This document shows positions 31,685 to 42,064 of a stretch of 64,000 bases of DNA, piece by piece; position 1 is the stretch's first letter, and the number at the start of each line of letters is the position of its first letter. The position numbers and the translations under genes are program-made. The stretch is taken from contig JBFMGO010000006.1 in assembly GCA_040752695.1 (NCBI GenBank), forward strand, positions 1 to 64,000, read 5' to 3'. This stretch comes from a bacterium. GTDB lineage: Bacteria > SZUA-182 > DTGQ01. The notes below the pieces were generated by a model. The model was not told the DNA's origin, did no database searches, and saw nothing but the letters and a program-made list of their open reading frames with translations.

Positions 31685-32374
31685 ATGAAACATATGCCAA
31701 TAGCCAAACAAGGCTTTCCTTTTATTCTTTTTTTTGCTGTTTTAACTGTTTTAGCGGCTCTGCTGACAGGGATTTCCCTGCTGGCAGGGCTTCTTTTTTT
31801 GCTGACCCTGTTTGTGGTTTTCTTCTTCCGGGACCCGGAGAGGTCAGTGCCGGAAGATGAGGACCTGATTATTTCCCCAGCGGATGGCAAGCTGATTCAG
31901 ATCCGTGAGATACCGGACAATCATATCCTGGGATGCCCAGGTGTTCAACTCAGTATATTCATGTCGCTTTTCAATGTTCATGTCAACCGGATGCCTTTCA
32001 AAGGGCACATTTTGAAAAAGACCTATAATCCCGGTACATTTCTCCCTGCCTTCAGGGAAAAAGCCTCGCTGCTGAATGAACAGACATCGCTTCTTATGGA
32101 TACCAGGGGCGGGCAGGTCCGAATGACGCAGATTGCCGGTCAGGTAGCCCGCAGAATCGTCTGCTGGGCAGAGGAAGGAGACACTCTTGGCAAGGGTGAG
32201 CGTTTTGGCCTCATCAGGTTCGGTTCCCGGGTCGATTTATTTCTCCCCCTTAAAAATACGGTCGTTATTGGCAAGGTTGGAGACCGGGTAAAAGCTGGAG
32301 AGAGTGCCCTGGCGCGTTTTTCCTCTCTTTCCGAAACGGATGGAAGTGCCGGCGACAACAACAAAAAGGGATAA
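31685..32374 (+). CDS. psd: Phosphatidylserine decarboxylase family proenzyme
   Basis: FFRDPER, ISPADG, IFMSLFNVHVNR, IRFGSRVD cleavage motif. Confidence 0.93.
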   Translation: MKHMPIAKQGFPFILFFAVLTVLAALLTGISLLAGLLFLLTLFVVFFFRDPERSVPEDEDLIISPADGKLIQIREIPDNHILGCPGVQLSIFMSLFNVHVNRMPFKGHILKKTYNPGTFLPAFREKASLLNEQTSLLMDTRGGQVRMTQIAGQVARRIVCWAEEGDTLGKGERFGLIRFGSRVDLFLPLKNTVVIGKVGDRVKAGESALARFSSLSETDGSAGDNNKKG

Positions 32375-32385
32375 AAAAGGGGTGC

Positions 32386-33090
32386 CTAATTGGTGCCCCT
32401 TGGCTTTTCCAGAAGCTTATTGAGATATTCCATGAGTGTATAATGGTCCGTATCCTGAGCAAAGGAGAGGAATTGAGCTCCAATTCCCGGCAGTTGGTGA
32501 GGAATCTCCCATGGCCTTGTCCAGGCGACCCGGACAATGGCCTGAAGCGGGTTCGGCGCCACATCATAGATCTGAATCTCAAGCTCTTTGTTGATCGCAA
32601 AGGGATGAGGAGTAGTAATAAAGAGCCCTCCCTGGGAAATATTGAGTGTATTGACCCGAAGAGATTGAGAAGTGTGTGTCTGTTTCATGGTCACTCGCAG
32701 AATTAGTTTGTGGCGTTTATATTTACGAAGGTTAGCCGAGATGTTCTCTTCTTCTTTTAACTTGTCGAAAAATTTTTGGAGAAAAGCACTCAGGTCCTCG
32801 ACTGTCCGCTGCTCCAGAAGGAGAACGTCTACACTTTCCTGTCTGGGACGAATTTTCAAGATGGGAGGGGAATTCGAGAGGGAGTTGAGCTTGTCAATAT
32901 AGGATCGGCCCTGACCAAGGCCCAGTTTCAGGTCAATGAGGATTAAGTCGTAGTAGCTTTCCAGGCATTGCTGGTAGGCTTTCGTCAGGCCGTTGATCAG
33001 GTCGAAACGGGCTATATTTTTCAGGTAACGCTCGTATTTTATCCTGTTTGTCTCGTCTGCGACAACCAGAAGGATATTTCTGTCGTACAT
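32386..33090 (-). CDS. PilZ-domain protein with degenerate N-terminal receiver-like domain
   Basis: RKYKR and NISQGG PilZ motifs; VRVAW...GIGAQF; N-terminal YDLILIDL. Confidence 0.8.
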   Translation of the reverse strand: MYDRNILLVVADETNRIKYERYLKNIARFDLINGLTKAYQQCLESYYDLILIDLKLGLGQGRSYIDKLNSLSNSPPILKIRPRQESVDVLLLEQRTVEDLSAFLQKFFDKLKEEENISANLRKYKRHKLILRVTMKQTHTSQSLRVNTLNISQGGLFITTPHPFAINKELEIQIYDVAPNPLQAIVRVAWTRPWEIPHQLPGIGAQFLSFAQDTDHYTLMEYLNKLLEKPRGTN

Positions 33091-33208
33091 GAGTGTGTAT
33101 CTCCTGTGGCAGGGGAAGAAGAGTGAACGTATAGAAACTCAAAGTATCAGAAACACGAGGGGTCGTCAAGATTAAAAATTTCACCCTTTGGGGAGACAAA
33201 GGAGAAAT

Positions 33209-33799
33209 ATGGATCTACAGGATCGCTTAAGGCACATTTTTCAAAGAAGCATTGAAGCAAAACAGGATTTTTTGGCCTCAAATCTGGATCTTATGGAAAT
33301 CGTGGTTTCGCGCCTTGTGCATACTTTTCAGAACGGGGGCAAGGTTTTGCTTTTCGGCAATGGCGGAAGTGCAGCCGATGCACAGCATCTGGCAGCGGAA
33401 TTCGTTAACCGGTTTTTATTTAACCGCCCGGCCCTGCCTGCTATTGCACTGACGACTGACAGCTCGGTTCTGACCAGCATCAGCAATGATGATGACTATA
33501 CCAGAATCTTCAGCCGCCAGATCGAGGGACTGGGTGAGGAACTGGATGTGGCGATCGGCATCAGCACCAGCGGCAACTCCCCGAATGTCTTGCTTGGGTT
33601 GGAGAGTGCAAAGAAGATAGGGCTCTATACGGTGGCTTTTTCCGGTGGTGACGGAGGAAAAATCAGTACTGTCGCCGATACATGCCTGACTGTTCCCGTC
33701 CGGGAGACACCACGGATACAGGAAGTCCATATCACGATTGGCCATGCAATCTGTGAGCTGGTGGAAGAAGCGATGTTTCCCAGGGTGACCGTAGCATGA
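33209..33799 (+). CDS. gmhA: D-sedoheptulose 7-phosphate isomerase
   Basis: GNGGSAADAQHLAAE, ISTSGNS, TPRIQEVH. Confidence 0.96.
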   Translation: MDLQDRLRHIFQRSIEAKQDFLASNLDLMEIVVSRLVHTFQNGGKVLLFGNGGSAADAQHLAAEFVNRFLFNRPALPAIALTTDSSVLTSISNDDDYTRIFSRQIEGLGEELDVAIGISTSGNSPNVLLGLESAKKIGLYTVAFSGGDGGKISTVADTCLTVPVRETPRIQEVHITIGHAICELVEEAMFPRVTVA

Positions 33800-34749
33800 A
33801 ATCGTTTTCTCCCTTAAAGATCGAAAAGCTCAATACCAAACCTTTAGCCGAGCGAAAAAGTAAAGTGAGGGTTGAACTGTTTGCCCGTCCCGGTGGCCAC
33901 CGAGGGCAGACTTTTTCGCAGTTCCTGGAAGGACTGCCCAGGATTCTGGCAGGTCAGGATTTTCTGGAGGTGGTGGACAGGGTTGAGAAGGCCATCAGGG
34001 AAGATAAGGGGGTCATTCTGGCCATGGGAGCCCACGTGATCAAGTGCGGCCTCAGCCCGGTTTTGATCGATTTGATGCAGCGGGGTGTCATAACCGGCCT
34101 CGCTCTCAATGGCGCAGGGATTATCCATGACTTTGAACTGGCTGTTCATGGTCAGACTTCCGAAGACGTTGACCAGGCCATTGTCAATGGTGAGTTTGGT
34201 ATGGCCGAGGAAACAGGCAGGCAAATCAATCAGGCCATTAATCAGGGAGTAGAATCGGGGATGGGCCTGGCCGCATCGGTCGGGAAATTCCTCTTTGAGC
34301 AAAATCCCCCCTCTTTGAGCTCGAGCCTTCTGGCAGCAGCCTACAACCTGAAGATCCCGGTAACCGCTCATATTGCCATAGGAACCGATATCATCCATAT
34401 GCATCCACAGACCCGTCCCGATCTTCTGGGACAGGGAAGCATGCTGGATTTTCGGCTGTTCTGTTCGGTTATCACTTCCTTGCATCAGGGTGGAGTGTAT
34501 TTCAATATCGGATCCAGTGTCATCCTGCCCGAAGTTTTCCTCAAGGCCCTGACCCTGGTCCGCAACCTCGGATATCCATTGTCTGACTTTACCACGGTCA
34601 ACATGGACTTTATCCAGCATTACCGGCCCAACACCAATGTGGTAAGAAGACCGGTCATTGGCGGCGGAAAAGGCTATTCCCTGACAGGCCATCACGAGAT
34701 CATGCTCCCGCTTCTGGCCGCAGCCATTGTGGACCGGCTGGAGGCATGA
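33796..34749 (+). CDS. Conserved protein with deoxyhypusine-synthase-like fold
   Basis: MGAHVIK, NGAGIIHDFE, IGTDIIH, GSSVILPEVFLK, GHHEIM; ATGA overlap with gmhA. Confidence 0.65.
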   Translation: MKSFSPLKIEKLNTKPLAERKSKVRVELFARPGGHRGQTFSQFLEGLPRILAGQDFLEVVDRVEKAIREDKGVILAMGAHVIKCGLSPVLIDLMQRGVITGLALNGAGIIHDFELAVHGQTSEDVDQAIVNGEFGMAEETGRQINQAINQGVESGMGLAASVGKFLFEQNPPSLSSSLLAAAYNLKIPVTAHIAIGTDIIHMHPQTRPDLLGQGSMLDFRLFCSVITSLHQGGVYFNIGSSVILPEVFLKALTLVRNLGYPLSDFTTVNMDFIQHYRPNTNVVRRPVIGGGKGYSLTGHHEIMLPLLAAAIVDRLEA

Positions 34750-34800
34750 GAAAAAAGCGGCACAAGGCCATGAGAAAAGGGGGGCACAAAGTCATGAGAG
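34745..34800. repeat. 24-bp tandem repeat starting across a stop codon
   Basis: catgaga at 34745, 34769, 34793; unit catgagaaaa..g.ggcacaa.g. Confidence 0.8.
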
Positions 34801-34863
34801 GGCAGAAGGCACTGAAGAAGCAACTACACTAAAGAAATAGGATAGGCTGCAAAAGCAGATGCC

Positions 34864-35664
34864 ATGAAAAAGCAGAGAATCGACAAATTACTCTTTGATA
34901 GGGGCCTGGTGTCCAGCCGGGAAAAAGCCAATGCCCTGATCATGGCCGGACATGTCTTTATCGGCGAGGTTCGGATAGAAAAACCCGGACAACTGGTGCC
35001 CGATGACAGCCCGGTGACTGTTCGCGAGCCGGATAATCCCTATGTGAGCAGGGGAGGATTAAAGCTGGAGAAGGCCCTGGCCGAATTTTGCATTTCCGTG
35101 CAGGGGAAAACAGCTTTGGATGTCGGGGCTTCAACCGGCGGATTTACCGATTGCCTGCTCCAGCATGGTGCCTTGCAGGTTTATGCCCTCGATGTCGGAC
35201 ATGGTCAGATGGACCCCAAGATAGCTCACCATGCGAGAGTGATCCCTTTGGAACGTGTGAACATACGGCATGTGTCGCCATCGGATTTCCCTGCGCCGTT
35301 TGACCTGATCACTATTGATGTCTCCTTTATCGGGCTGCGCCTAGTGCTCCCCGCAGTCAAAGAGCTTCTGTCCGGCGAAGGGGAGATCATCGCTCTTGTC
35401 AAACCCCAGTTTGAGGTGGGCAAGGGACAGGTGGGTAAAAAGGGGGTTGTACGCGATCCGGAAAAACAGAAGCAGGTTCTGTATGAAATCATCGATTTTG
35501 CTCAGAGCATAGGCCTTTTTTGCCAGGGTCTCATTGCCTCACCTATTACCGGAGCCAAAGGCAATCTGGAATTTTTACTCCATCTGACACTGACTCGCTT
35601 GGCGGAAAAGATAAACCAGAAGGCCATTGTTGAGCAGGTCATCCAGTCCCTCCATAAGAAATGA
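34864..35664 (+). CDS. tlyA: TlyA family rRNA 2'-O-methyltransferase
   Basis: S4 domain; YVSRGGLKL, DVGASTGGFTD, DVSFI, KPQFE, GAKGNLEF. Confidence 0.95.
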   Translation: MKKQRIDKLLFDRGLVSSREKANALIMAGHVFIGEVRIEKPGQLVPDDSPVTVREPDNPYVSRGGLKLEKALAEFCISVQGKTALDVGASTGGFTDCLLQHGALQVYALDVGHGQMDPKIAHHARVIPLERVNIRHVSPSDFPAPFDLITIDVSFIGLRLVLPAVKELLSGEGEIIALVKPQFEVGKGQVGKKGVVRDPEKQKQVLYEIIDFAQSIGLFCQGLIASPITGAKGNLEFLLHLTLTRLAEKINQKAIVEQVIQSLHKK

Positions 35665-35854
35665 AATCCCTCCGTTAAGGAATACAAAGTCCCACTTTTT
35701 AGCTGCGGGAAACAAAAACCCTCCCCCAAAAACGGGGGAGGGTTTGAGGAAAGACCGTCATAAAAAGCGTAATGCACGTAAGGCAATGAAGAGTGCCGGG
35801 CACGGCACTGCCAATAAGCAATACTTTTCAAGGCACTGCCAATAAGCACTGCTT

Positions 35855-37030
35855 TTATGGATGTCCCGGTGGTTTGTTAGTTCCAGGCATTGCGGGTGGC
35901 ATGGCCGGGGTTTCCGGTGCCTGAGGCTTCGGCAAAAGGGATTGAATGTCGGCCTTCTCCCGCAAAGACTGGATAAAGGTCCTCACTGCATCGCTTCTTT
36001 GCTTTCCGCTGAGGTATTGTTTGATACGAGCTTTACTTTCCTCGAATGAGGTTTCAGCTTCGGGTTTGCTGTTCGTAACCTTGATAATATGATAGCCAAA
36101 CGGAGTTTCAATAATGTCGCTGACTTCCCCGACTTTCAGGCTGAACGCGGCCTGAGAGAATTCCGGAACCATCTGCTTGCGGGTAAAAAATCCAAGATCT
36201 CCGCCGTTTTGCGAACTGGGGCAGTCAGAATTTTCCTTGGCGAGTTTTGCAAAATCTTCACCTGCCTTGACTTTTTTGAGAATGTCGGTGATTTTCTCTT
36301 TAGCCGCTTTCTTCGTTGCCTCATCGGCATCTTTCTCTACCTTGACCAGAATGTGGCTGGCCTGTATCATCTCTTCCTGCTTGAACTGGTCCTTATGAGC
36401 ATCATAGTATTTTTTGAGCTCTTCTTCACTTGCCGCAGGTTCAGATGATGTCTGATTAGCCATTTGCTGCTGGATGACCCGCGAAATAATCATATTCCTT
36501 TTTAACTCTTTCTTCAGTTCTTCAAGCGTAATCTTGTTCTCTTTTAACTTCTCTTCAAATTCCGCTTCAGTAGAGAACTGCTTTTTGAATTGCTCGATTC
36601 TGGCGAGGATTTCTTCATCAGGGACCGTAATGTTGAGTTCCTGGCCTTTTTGGCAGAGCAGTTCACTCTCGATAAGCCGATCCAGGATGATCTGCTGAAG
36701 CTGCTGTACCTGTTCGGGCGGCAGCTTGCCTTCCATGTTCTGGTTCTGGTTGACATGAGCACTAAAGGTCCGGTCAAGTTCTTTACGGTAAATGTTGACC
36801 CCATTGACCTTGGCCACAACGTCTTCCGGGTTCCCGGATTGTCCCGATGTCGGCTGGGGCTGGACCTTCTCCTCTCCCTTTTCTTTTGTTGATGTCACAG
36901 GAGGCGTGGATTGGCTCCCGTTATTTCCCTCTTTGCCTGGTGTAGGAGAAGAGTGACAGGCATAAAGAAATAGAGAGCTGCAAATAAGAAGTGTAAAGGC
37001 AGATTTGAGGGATTTTTGCAAATTCATCAT
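35855..37030 (-). CDS. Parvulin-type peptidyl-prolyl isomerase lipoprotein (PrsA/SurA-like)
   Basis: Lipobox LYAC; VAKVNG; ASHILV, GGDLGFF, MVPEF, FGYHIIK. Confidence 0.92.
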   Translation of the reverse strand: MMNLQKSLKSAFTLLICSSLFLYACHSSPTPGKEGNNGSQSTPPVTSTKEKGEEKVQPQPTSGQSGNPEDVVAKVNGVNIYRKELDRTFSAHVNQNQNMEGKLPPEQVQQLQQIILDRLIESELLCQKGQELNITVPDEEILARIEQFKKQFSTEAEFEEKLKENKITLEELKKELKRNMIISRVIQQQMANQTSSEPAASEEELKKYYDAHKDQFKQEEMIQASHILVKVEKDADEATKKAAKEKITDILKKVKAGEDFAKLAKENSDCPSSQNGGDLGFFTRKQMVPEFSQAAFSLKVGEVSDIIETPFGYHIIKVTNSKPEAETSFEESKARIKQYLSGKQRSDAVRTFIQSLREKADIQSLLPKPQAPETPAMPPAMPGTNKPPGHP

Positions 37031-37366
37031 TTTTTCTCCTTCGTTAGATGGCCAATTGACGATCAATCTCCTGCCGGGAACAAATAGGCAGCAAGTTCTT
37101 TAGGCTAAAGGTGAAATTATCTCAGGAAACAATACCTTTGTCAATATTTATCAGTGTTCTCGCCTTGACAGATTATGATACGGTAAAAAACTGCGGGAGA
37201 GAAAAAGATTATCGGTATTAATTGCCGGTGATCCTGTACTATACTTAACAGTGATCTTGCAGTGTACTTAACGGTGTTAAGTGCAGTATGCTCAGAAGAC
37301 AGGGGGAAGCACCCACACACCTTTAGGACTTTGGTGAAAAAGCGGGGAACATCTCCGATTCTGGGC

Positions 37367-37395
37367 TTGAACAGAAAGATAACTTCTGGTAAAAT
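37367..37395 (+). promoter_or_regulatory. Sigma70 promoter
   Basis: TTGAAC-17 nt-TAAAAT with extended TG. Confidence 0.5.
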
Positions 37396-37481
37396 GATAG
37401 CTTATCGGAGTTATCAATAAACACAACTCTTTTAAGATGCCGAACGATTTATGAGAGAATTATGAAGAATAAAAGGAGCTT

Positions 37482-38225
37482 TTGTCCATGATCAACATTG
37501 CCGTTTCCTTGATTATCGGTATTGGAATCTTTTCTCTATCTCATTTTGTACTTGGCTGGCACTGGATTATTGGAGCTATTCTGGGTCAGATTGCAGCTAT
37601 CGCTGTCTTCTTCCTGCTGGCTAAATTAATCATGAAAAAGATTACCGCCATTATTGAGCTCTCCAATGAAGAGTTGACCAGAGGGCAGTTTGATCGGGCC
37701 ATCGGTGTCCTTGAAAGCGGATTCAAACATAAATATCAGCACCCTTTCGTTGCCTCTCAATTGAACTCCCAAATCGGAGTGATCCATTACTATAAAAAAG
37801 ATTTAAAGAAGGCTGAAGAATATCTTAAAAAGGGGATCGCCAGCCATTACGTCGGCCAGTGTATGCTGGGCGTCTTATATATGAAAAAAAAGGATGAAGA
37901 AAACATGAAGAAAGCCTTCAAGGCTGCTACCCGCGCCTCAGGAAAAGAAAGTATTGTCTGGTCCCTTTATGCTTATTGCCTGAGCAGCCTTGGAAAAAAG
38001 GATGAAGCCATCGAAGTCCTCAACAAAGGCCAAAAGCGGCTCCCAAATGACGAGAATATCAAGGCCAATCTCACGGCCCTGCAGAACAACCAGAAAATGA
38101 AAATGCGGGCCTATAAAGAGATGTGGTCCATATTTATGCTGGAAAAGACCATCGTCCGGCAGCAGCCACCCAGATTTGTCCGAGGTGGCGGCGGCGGCAA
38201 TATCCGGAGAATATACAAGAGGTAA
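37482..38225 (+). CDS. Membrane-anchored TPR-like protein
   Basis: Two N-terminal TM segments followed by helical TPR-like repeats; AAGGAG RBS. Confidence 0.7.
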   Translation: MSMINIAVSLIIGIGIFSLSHFVLGWHWIIGAILGQIAAIAVFFLLAKLIMKKITAIIELSNEELTRGQFDRAIGVLESGFKHKYQHPFVASQLNSQIGVIHYYKKDLKKAEEYLKKGIASHYVGQCMLGVLYMKKKDEENMKKAFKAATRASGKESIVWSLYAYCLSSLGKKDEAIEVLNKGQKRLPNDENIKANLTALQNNQKMKMRAYKEMWSIFMLEKTIVRQQPPRFVRGGGGGNIRRIYKR

Positions 38226-38277
38226 TGTAACTGCTCAGAGTTCCTATCTGAATGAAAGTATGGGATTTTTCATACTC

Positions 38278-40086
38278 CTATCGGATCTCTACCAGGTAAG
38301 GCATCAGGAACAGCGACCTTTCCCTGGAAAGCAGGCTGTTCAGCATCGTCAGATGGTTGACAGTCCTCATCAGTTCCACATTGAGGGGAGGAGAGGAATG
38401 GCCAAATTTCTCCATTAAAAATGGGGGGAGGGTACGCAGGATGTCGATCAGACTTTCCGGTTCTACCGTGACCTGGACAACAGTGGGAACCACATCCTTG
38501 TCCAACCCGATCTTTTTCTTCACAGCCTGGATTACTTCATAATAACCGCCAACCCCGTCTATCAGGCCAATCTTACTGGCCTGCTGGCCGGTCCAGACCC
38601 TTCCTTGAGCAACCGTATCCAGCTCTTCATACTCTTTACCCCGACTCACCGATGCCTTGGTGACAAAGCTCCGATAGGTATTGTGCAAAAATGCATCAAA
38701 GTCCCGGCGCTGATTGGGAGTAAAGCTCTGTACAGGAGAGAAGAGAGATGCTCCGTCACTAAAGGCTATCGTTTCCGTGTGAGCGCCGACTTTTTCCAGC
38801 AGACTGGTTGCTACAAACTTACCGCCGAAAACGCCGATGGAGCCGGTGAGCGTAGCCGGGCCGGCATATATTTGTTCAGCGCCCATGGAAATATAATAGC
38901 CGCCTGAGGCAGCCATAGAACCCATGGACACAAAAACCGGCTTTTTAGTGTTCAATTTCCTGATTCTATCCCAGATTATATCCGAGGCCAGGGCCGATCC
39001 TCCCGGACTGTTCACCCGTATGATCAACGCCTTGATGTCGGAATCATCCTCCACCTCTTCCAGTTTTCTCAGGATGTCTTCGGGCCAGATGGAAGTCTCC
39101 CTTATCTGATGCTCCTCCGGAGCCATCTGAATCATTCCATTGGCCATAATCAAGGCGATCTTGTTGCGGGTATCGACCTTTGCACCTTTAAGGGATTTTG
39201 GTGAAATGCTGGCATAGGTGTTGAAATTCAGTGGCTCGACTCCAGGAAAAAGCTTTTTTTCCACGGTGTCGAGAAATTCATCGCGGTAAGTGATCTCATC
39301 TACCAGTTTCCGCTCTAAAGCTTCCTTTGATGTAATGAGTCCCTTGTTCAGGCACTCGGACATCTCTTCTTTGCTCAGTTTCCGGTTTTTAACCAAGGTA
39401 TCGATGAAGGTTTCCTGGATATCTTTCAAAAGCTCCATATTTACCATTCTCGCATCATCCGACATGGCATTGGAGGTAAAGGTTTCAGGAGCACTCTTGA
39501 ATCGCCCCGCACGGAGGAAATCCGCCTCAACCCCAATCTTGGCCAGCGTATCTTTCACATAGATAAACGAAGCGGAGACGCCCGGTATATATAAACTCCC
39601 CTCTTCCTGGAGAAAGATTTGATCCGCTGCCGAGGCTAACAGATAGTTTTTGTTGTCTGCCTCACTTAAAAAGACATAAATCTTTTTACCCTGTTTTTTA
39701 AAACGATTAAGAGCATCATTCAATTCAAGAAAGGTATTCAGTCCGGCCTGGGCATCCAGGCTTTTGATGACCAATCCCTGAATTCGCTCATCACGGGATG
39801 CCTGATCGATCGCAGAGACCAGATTGTAGAGCTGATATCTTGGCCGGGCTTCAATGATTTCAATAACTCTGTGGATCTCGGAGACCTCCTGATCCTGAAT
39901 ATCTCCAACCAGGCTCAGTTGTAGATAGTAAGGCTGATCAGCCAGGGGCTTCTCCTTTTCAGCCAGGTGCGGGGTGACTTTTCCGATATTGCTCACCAAA
40001 CCATAGATAAACACCAGAAAAAGTATCATGAACAGCGTGGTCAGAAATCCCACGATCATCAGGTAGTACTTTAAAATGTTTTTCAT
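38278..40086 (-). CDS. sppA: Signal peptide peptidase SppA (long form)
   Basis: GRFKSAPE, RVNSPGGSALASD, AASGGYY, TGSIGV, AQGRVWTG. Confidence 0.95.
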   Translation of the reverse strand: MKNILKYYLMIVGFLTTLFMILFLVFIYGLVSNIGKVTPHLAEKEKPLADQPYYLQLSLVGDIQDQEVSEIHRVIEIIEARPRYQLYNLVSAIDQASRDERIQGLVIKSLDAQAGLNTFLELNDALNRFKKQGKKIYVFLSEADNKNYLLASAADQIFLQEEGSLYIPGVSASFIYVKDTLAKIGVEADFLRAGRFKSAPETFTSNAMSDDARMVNMELLKDIQETFIDTLVKNRKLSKEEMSECLNKGLITSKEALERKLVDEITYRDEFLDTVEKKLFPGVEPLNFNTYASISPKSLKGAKVDTRNKIALIMANGMIQMAPEEHQIRETSIWPEDILRKLEEVEDDSDIKALIIRVNSPGGSALASDIIWDRIRKLNTKKPVFVSMGSMAASGGYYISMGAEQIYAGPATLTGSIGVFGGKFVATSLLEKVGAHTETIAFSDGASLFSPVQSFTPNQRRDFDAFLHNTYRSFVTKASVSRGKEYEELDTVAQGRVWTGQQASKIGLIDGVGGYYEVIQAVKKKIGLDKDVVPTVVQVTVEPESLIDILRTLPPFLMEKFGHSSPPLNVELMRTVNHLTMLNSLLSRERSLFLMPYLVEIR

Positions 40087-40356
40087 CTTCCGTGCTTCCT
40101 TCTTTCCTTTGTATTCAGCTAAGTCAATATACTTTTTTCACTTTTCGTAATTTTCCCCAATTTTCCGGTAAGATCGGGAAAAGAGACACCCAACACACTC
40201 CTTTAGTAAATGGGACTGGAGGAATTTTTACCAGCTCTCGCCTACAGAATTGAGAATCGCTATGGCAGTCCATAAAAGTCTTGAGGAAAAGATATCATAA
40301 GGTGAAAATATTAGTCAAGGAAAGTGTTTTTATTTATGAGACCAACAGGATGCAGG

Positions 40357-40385
40357 TTGACAAGAATAAGGGACCACAGTATAAT
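40357..40385 (+). promoter_or_regulatory. Consensus sigma70 promoter
   Basis: TTGACA-17 nt-TATAAT exactly. Confidence 0.8.
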
Positions 40386-40460
40386 ATTGCGGTTTTTTAA
40401 TATTTTTATGAATGACTATCTTAAAGATTTTATTTTTTGTTTGAAAAATGGATAAACAGT

Positions 40461-40838
40461 ATGCTCCCCAAATTTTTAGTTTTAGATGATTGCGAACATT
40501 TTCTGGAGCTTTATGAACGCTTTCTTACCGAAACCTTCCCTGGTGCCATCGTAAAGAAAGCGATTAATAATAAAAATGCCTGGTCAATTCTGAAAAACTT
40601 TTATCCTGACATCATAATCACTGATTTGGCCCATCCTGGTGAAGACGGGTACGAATTTTTAGTAAAAATTCGTCGCGATCCTAAAAAATGCTCTATTCCT
40701 GTCATATGTATCTCTGGTTGTGCAGATGCTTTATTGAGAAGAGGAGGGGGGAATGGGGAACAATTTAACGCAATTCTAACTAAGCCTATGGAATTGCAGA
40801 TATTAACAGATTGCATCATGAAGTTTCTCTCCTGCTGA
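40461..40838 (+). CDS. Single-domain response regulator (receiver)
   Basis: LVLDD, IITDLAHPGEDG, IPVICIS, LTKP. Confidence 0.85.
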   Translation: MLPKFLVLDDCEHFLELYERFLTETFPGAIVKKAINNKNAWSILKNFYPDIIITDLAHPGEDGYEFLVKIRRDPKKCSIPVICISGCADALLRRGGGNGEQFNAILTKPMELQILTDCIMKFLSC

Positions 40839-41301
40839 AATTATTTGAATAAAGACATATATATATGTCATTATTTTACTATTATTCAGCCTGTCCGTCT
40901 ATGCAGGGCATGAAGTCCAACGGGATTATGCCCACTCCAGCAGGACTCCTACCACATTTCCCATAAATTTCAGTAGCCAGGCCGATCGCTTTCCTTAAGC
41001 AACCCATCAAAGCCTATACTCTGCCTGTACTCTTTCTTATTTTTTTATCTTGGTGGCTCTTCGTGTCCTCACTTGCACTCAGCAACCGGGATTGGTTCCT
41101 GAAAAGAATTTCTGAAATGAATCTCCGGCTATATGGAAAAATTTCCAGTAACATTTGAAATGTTGATTTTATCTTGACAGCTTTCAGCAATACATAGTAC
41201 TTTGTATTGTACATACTGCACGCCGGAGAAGGAAGGAAACGGGCGTGAGATTTCTGCCGCACTCCACACAGAAGAGCGCTTTACTCTTAAACTTATTGTA
41301 A

Positions 41302-41316
41302 TGGCAATGAATTTGC
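41302..41316 (+). promoter_or_regulatory. Candidate sigma54 promoter
   Basis: TGGCAA-TGAAT-TTGC (GG-N10-GC), 100 bp upstream of the 41416 CDS. Confidence 0.55.
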
Positions 41317-41415
41317 ATTTGTATATACCATATTTGATAATCGGGCAGTCTGATCAGGAGACTGAAGCTGCTGTGGAGTCAGTGGAGCAGGCAATAGGAA
41401 TGAGAAGCAGAACAG

Positions 41416-41895
41416 ATGACTGACAAGGAAGTTTTAAAACTCCTCCATAACCTTGAGGTGGAAATAGCAAGCCTTAAGCAGATATCATCCACCTTGGCCC
41501 AGTTTATGGCCAATGAAGGGAAAAATGAAGGGAAAGAGGAAATTTTTTCCAGTGAATTGACAACCGTAAGTGACGAGGTCATCTTCTTGAGAAAAAAGCT
41601 GGAACAGGAAAAAAGCAAACGTAATCAGGAGTTGGATTCAAAAATCACGGCGTTATCAATTCGCCTGGACCGGCTGGAAATAGATGGTTCGAAAAACAGA
41701 TTCAAAGTGGATGAAAAGGAATATAGAAAAATCAGGGGTGATATGGCTGCTAATGCCCTGGAACTGGCTGAAGCCAGAGCTCATTTAGAACGCAGGGGAA
41801 AGGAACTGGTCGAACATCGAAAACGAATCCAGGAACTGGAAGCTGAAGTGGAAAAGCTTCGGCGGCGATTGCCATGGTGGAGGAAATTCTTCTAG
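41416..41895 (+). CDS. Coiled-coil protein with C-terminal PWWRKFF tail
   Basis: Heptad E/K/L-rich pattern; aromatic-basic C-terminus. Confidence 0.7.
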   Translation: MTDKEVLKLLHNLEVEIASLKQISSTLAQFMANEGKNEGKEEIFSSELTTVSDEVIFLRKKLEQEKSKRNQELDSKITALSIRLDRLEIDGSKNRFKVDEKEYRKIRGDMAANALELAEARAHLERRGKELVEHRKRIQELEAEVEKLRRRLPWWRKFF

Positions 41896-42064
41896 AGGTA
41901 TGATCCTAAAATAAAAATCCTCCCGGCCCCCTTTATAAAAAGGGGAGGATAGGTGCCTTTGGAAGAGTGAGGGCTTAAGGGCGTGTAATTTGATCAAGGA
42001 AAAGCGCTATTATTACTGCTAATCGGCGTGCCATTGTAAGGGGTATAAGGAAGGAAACAGCCTG

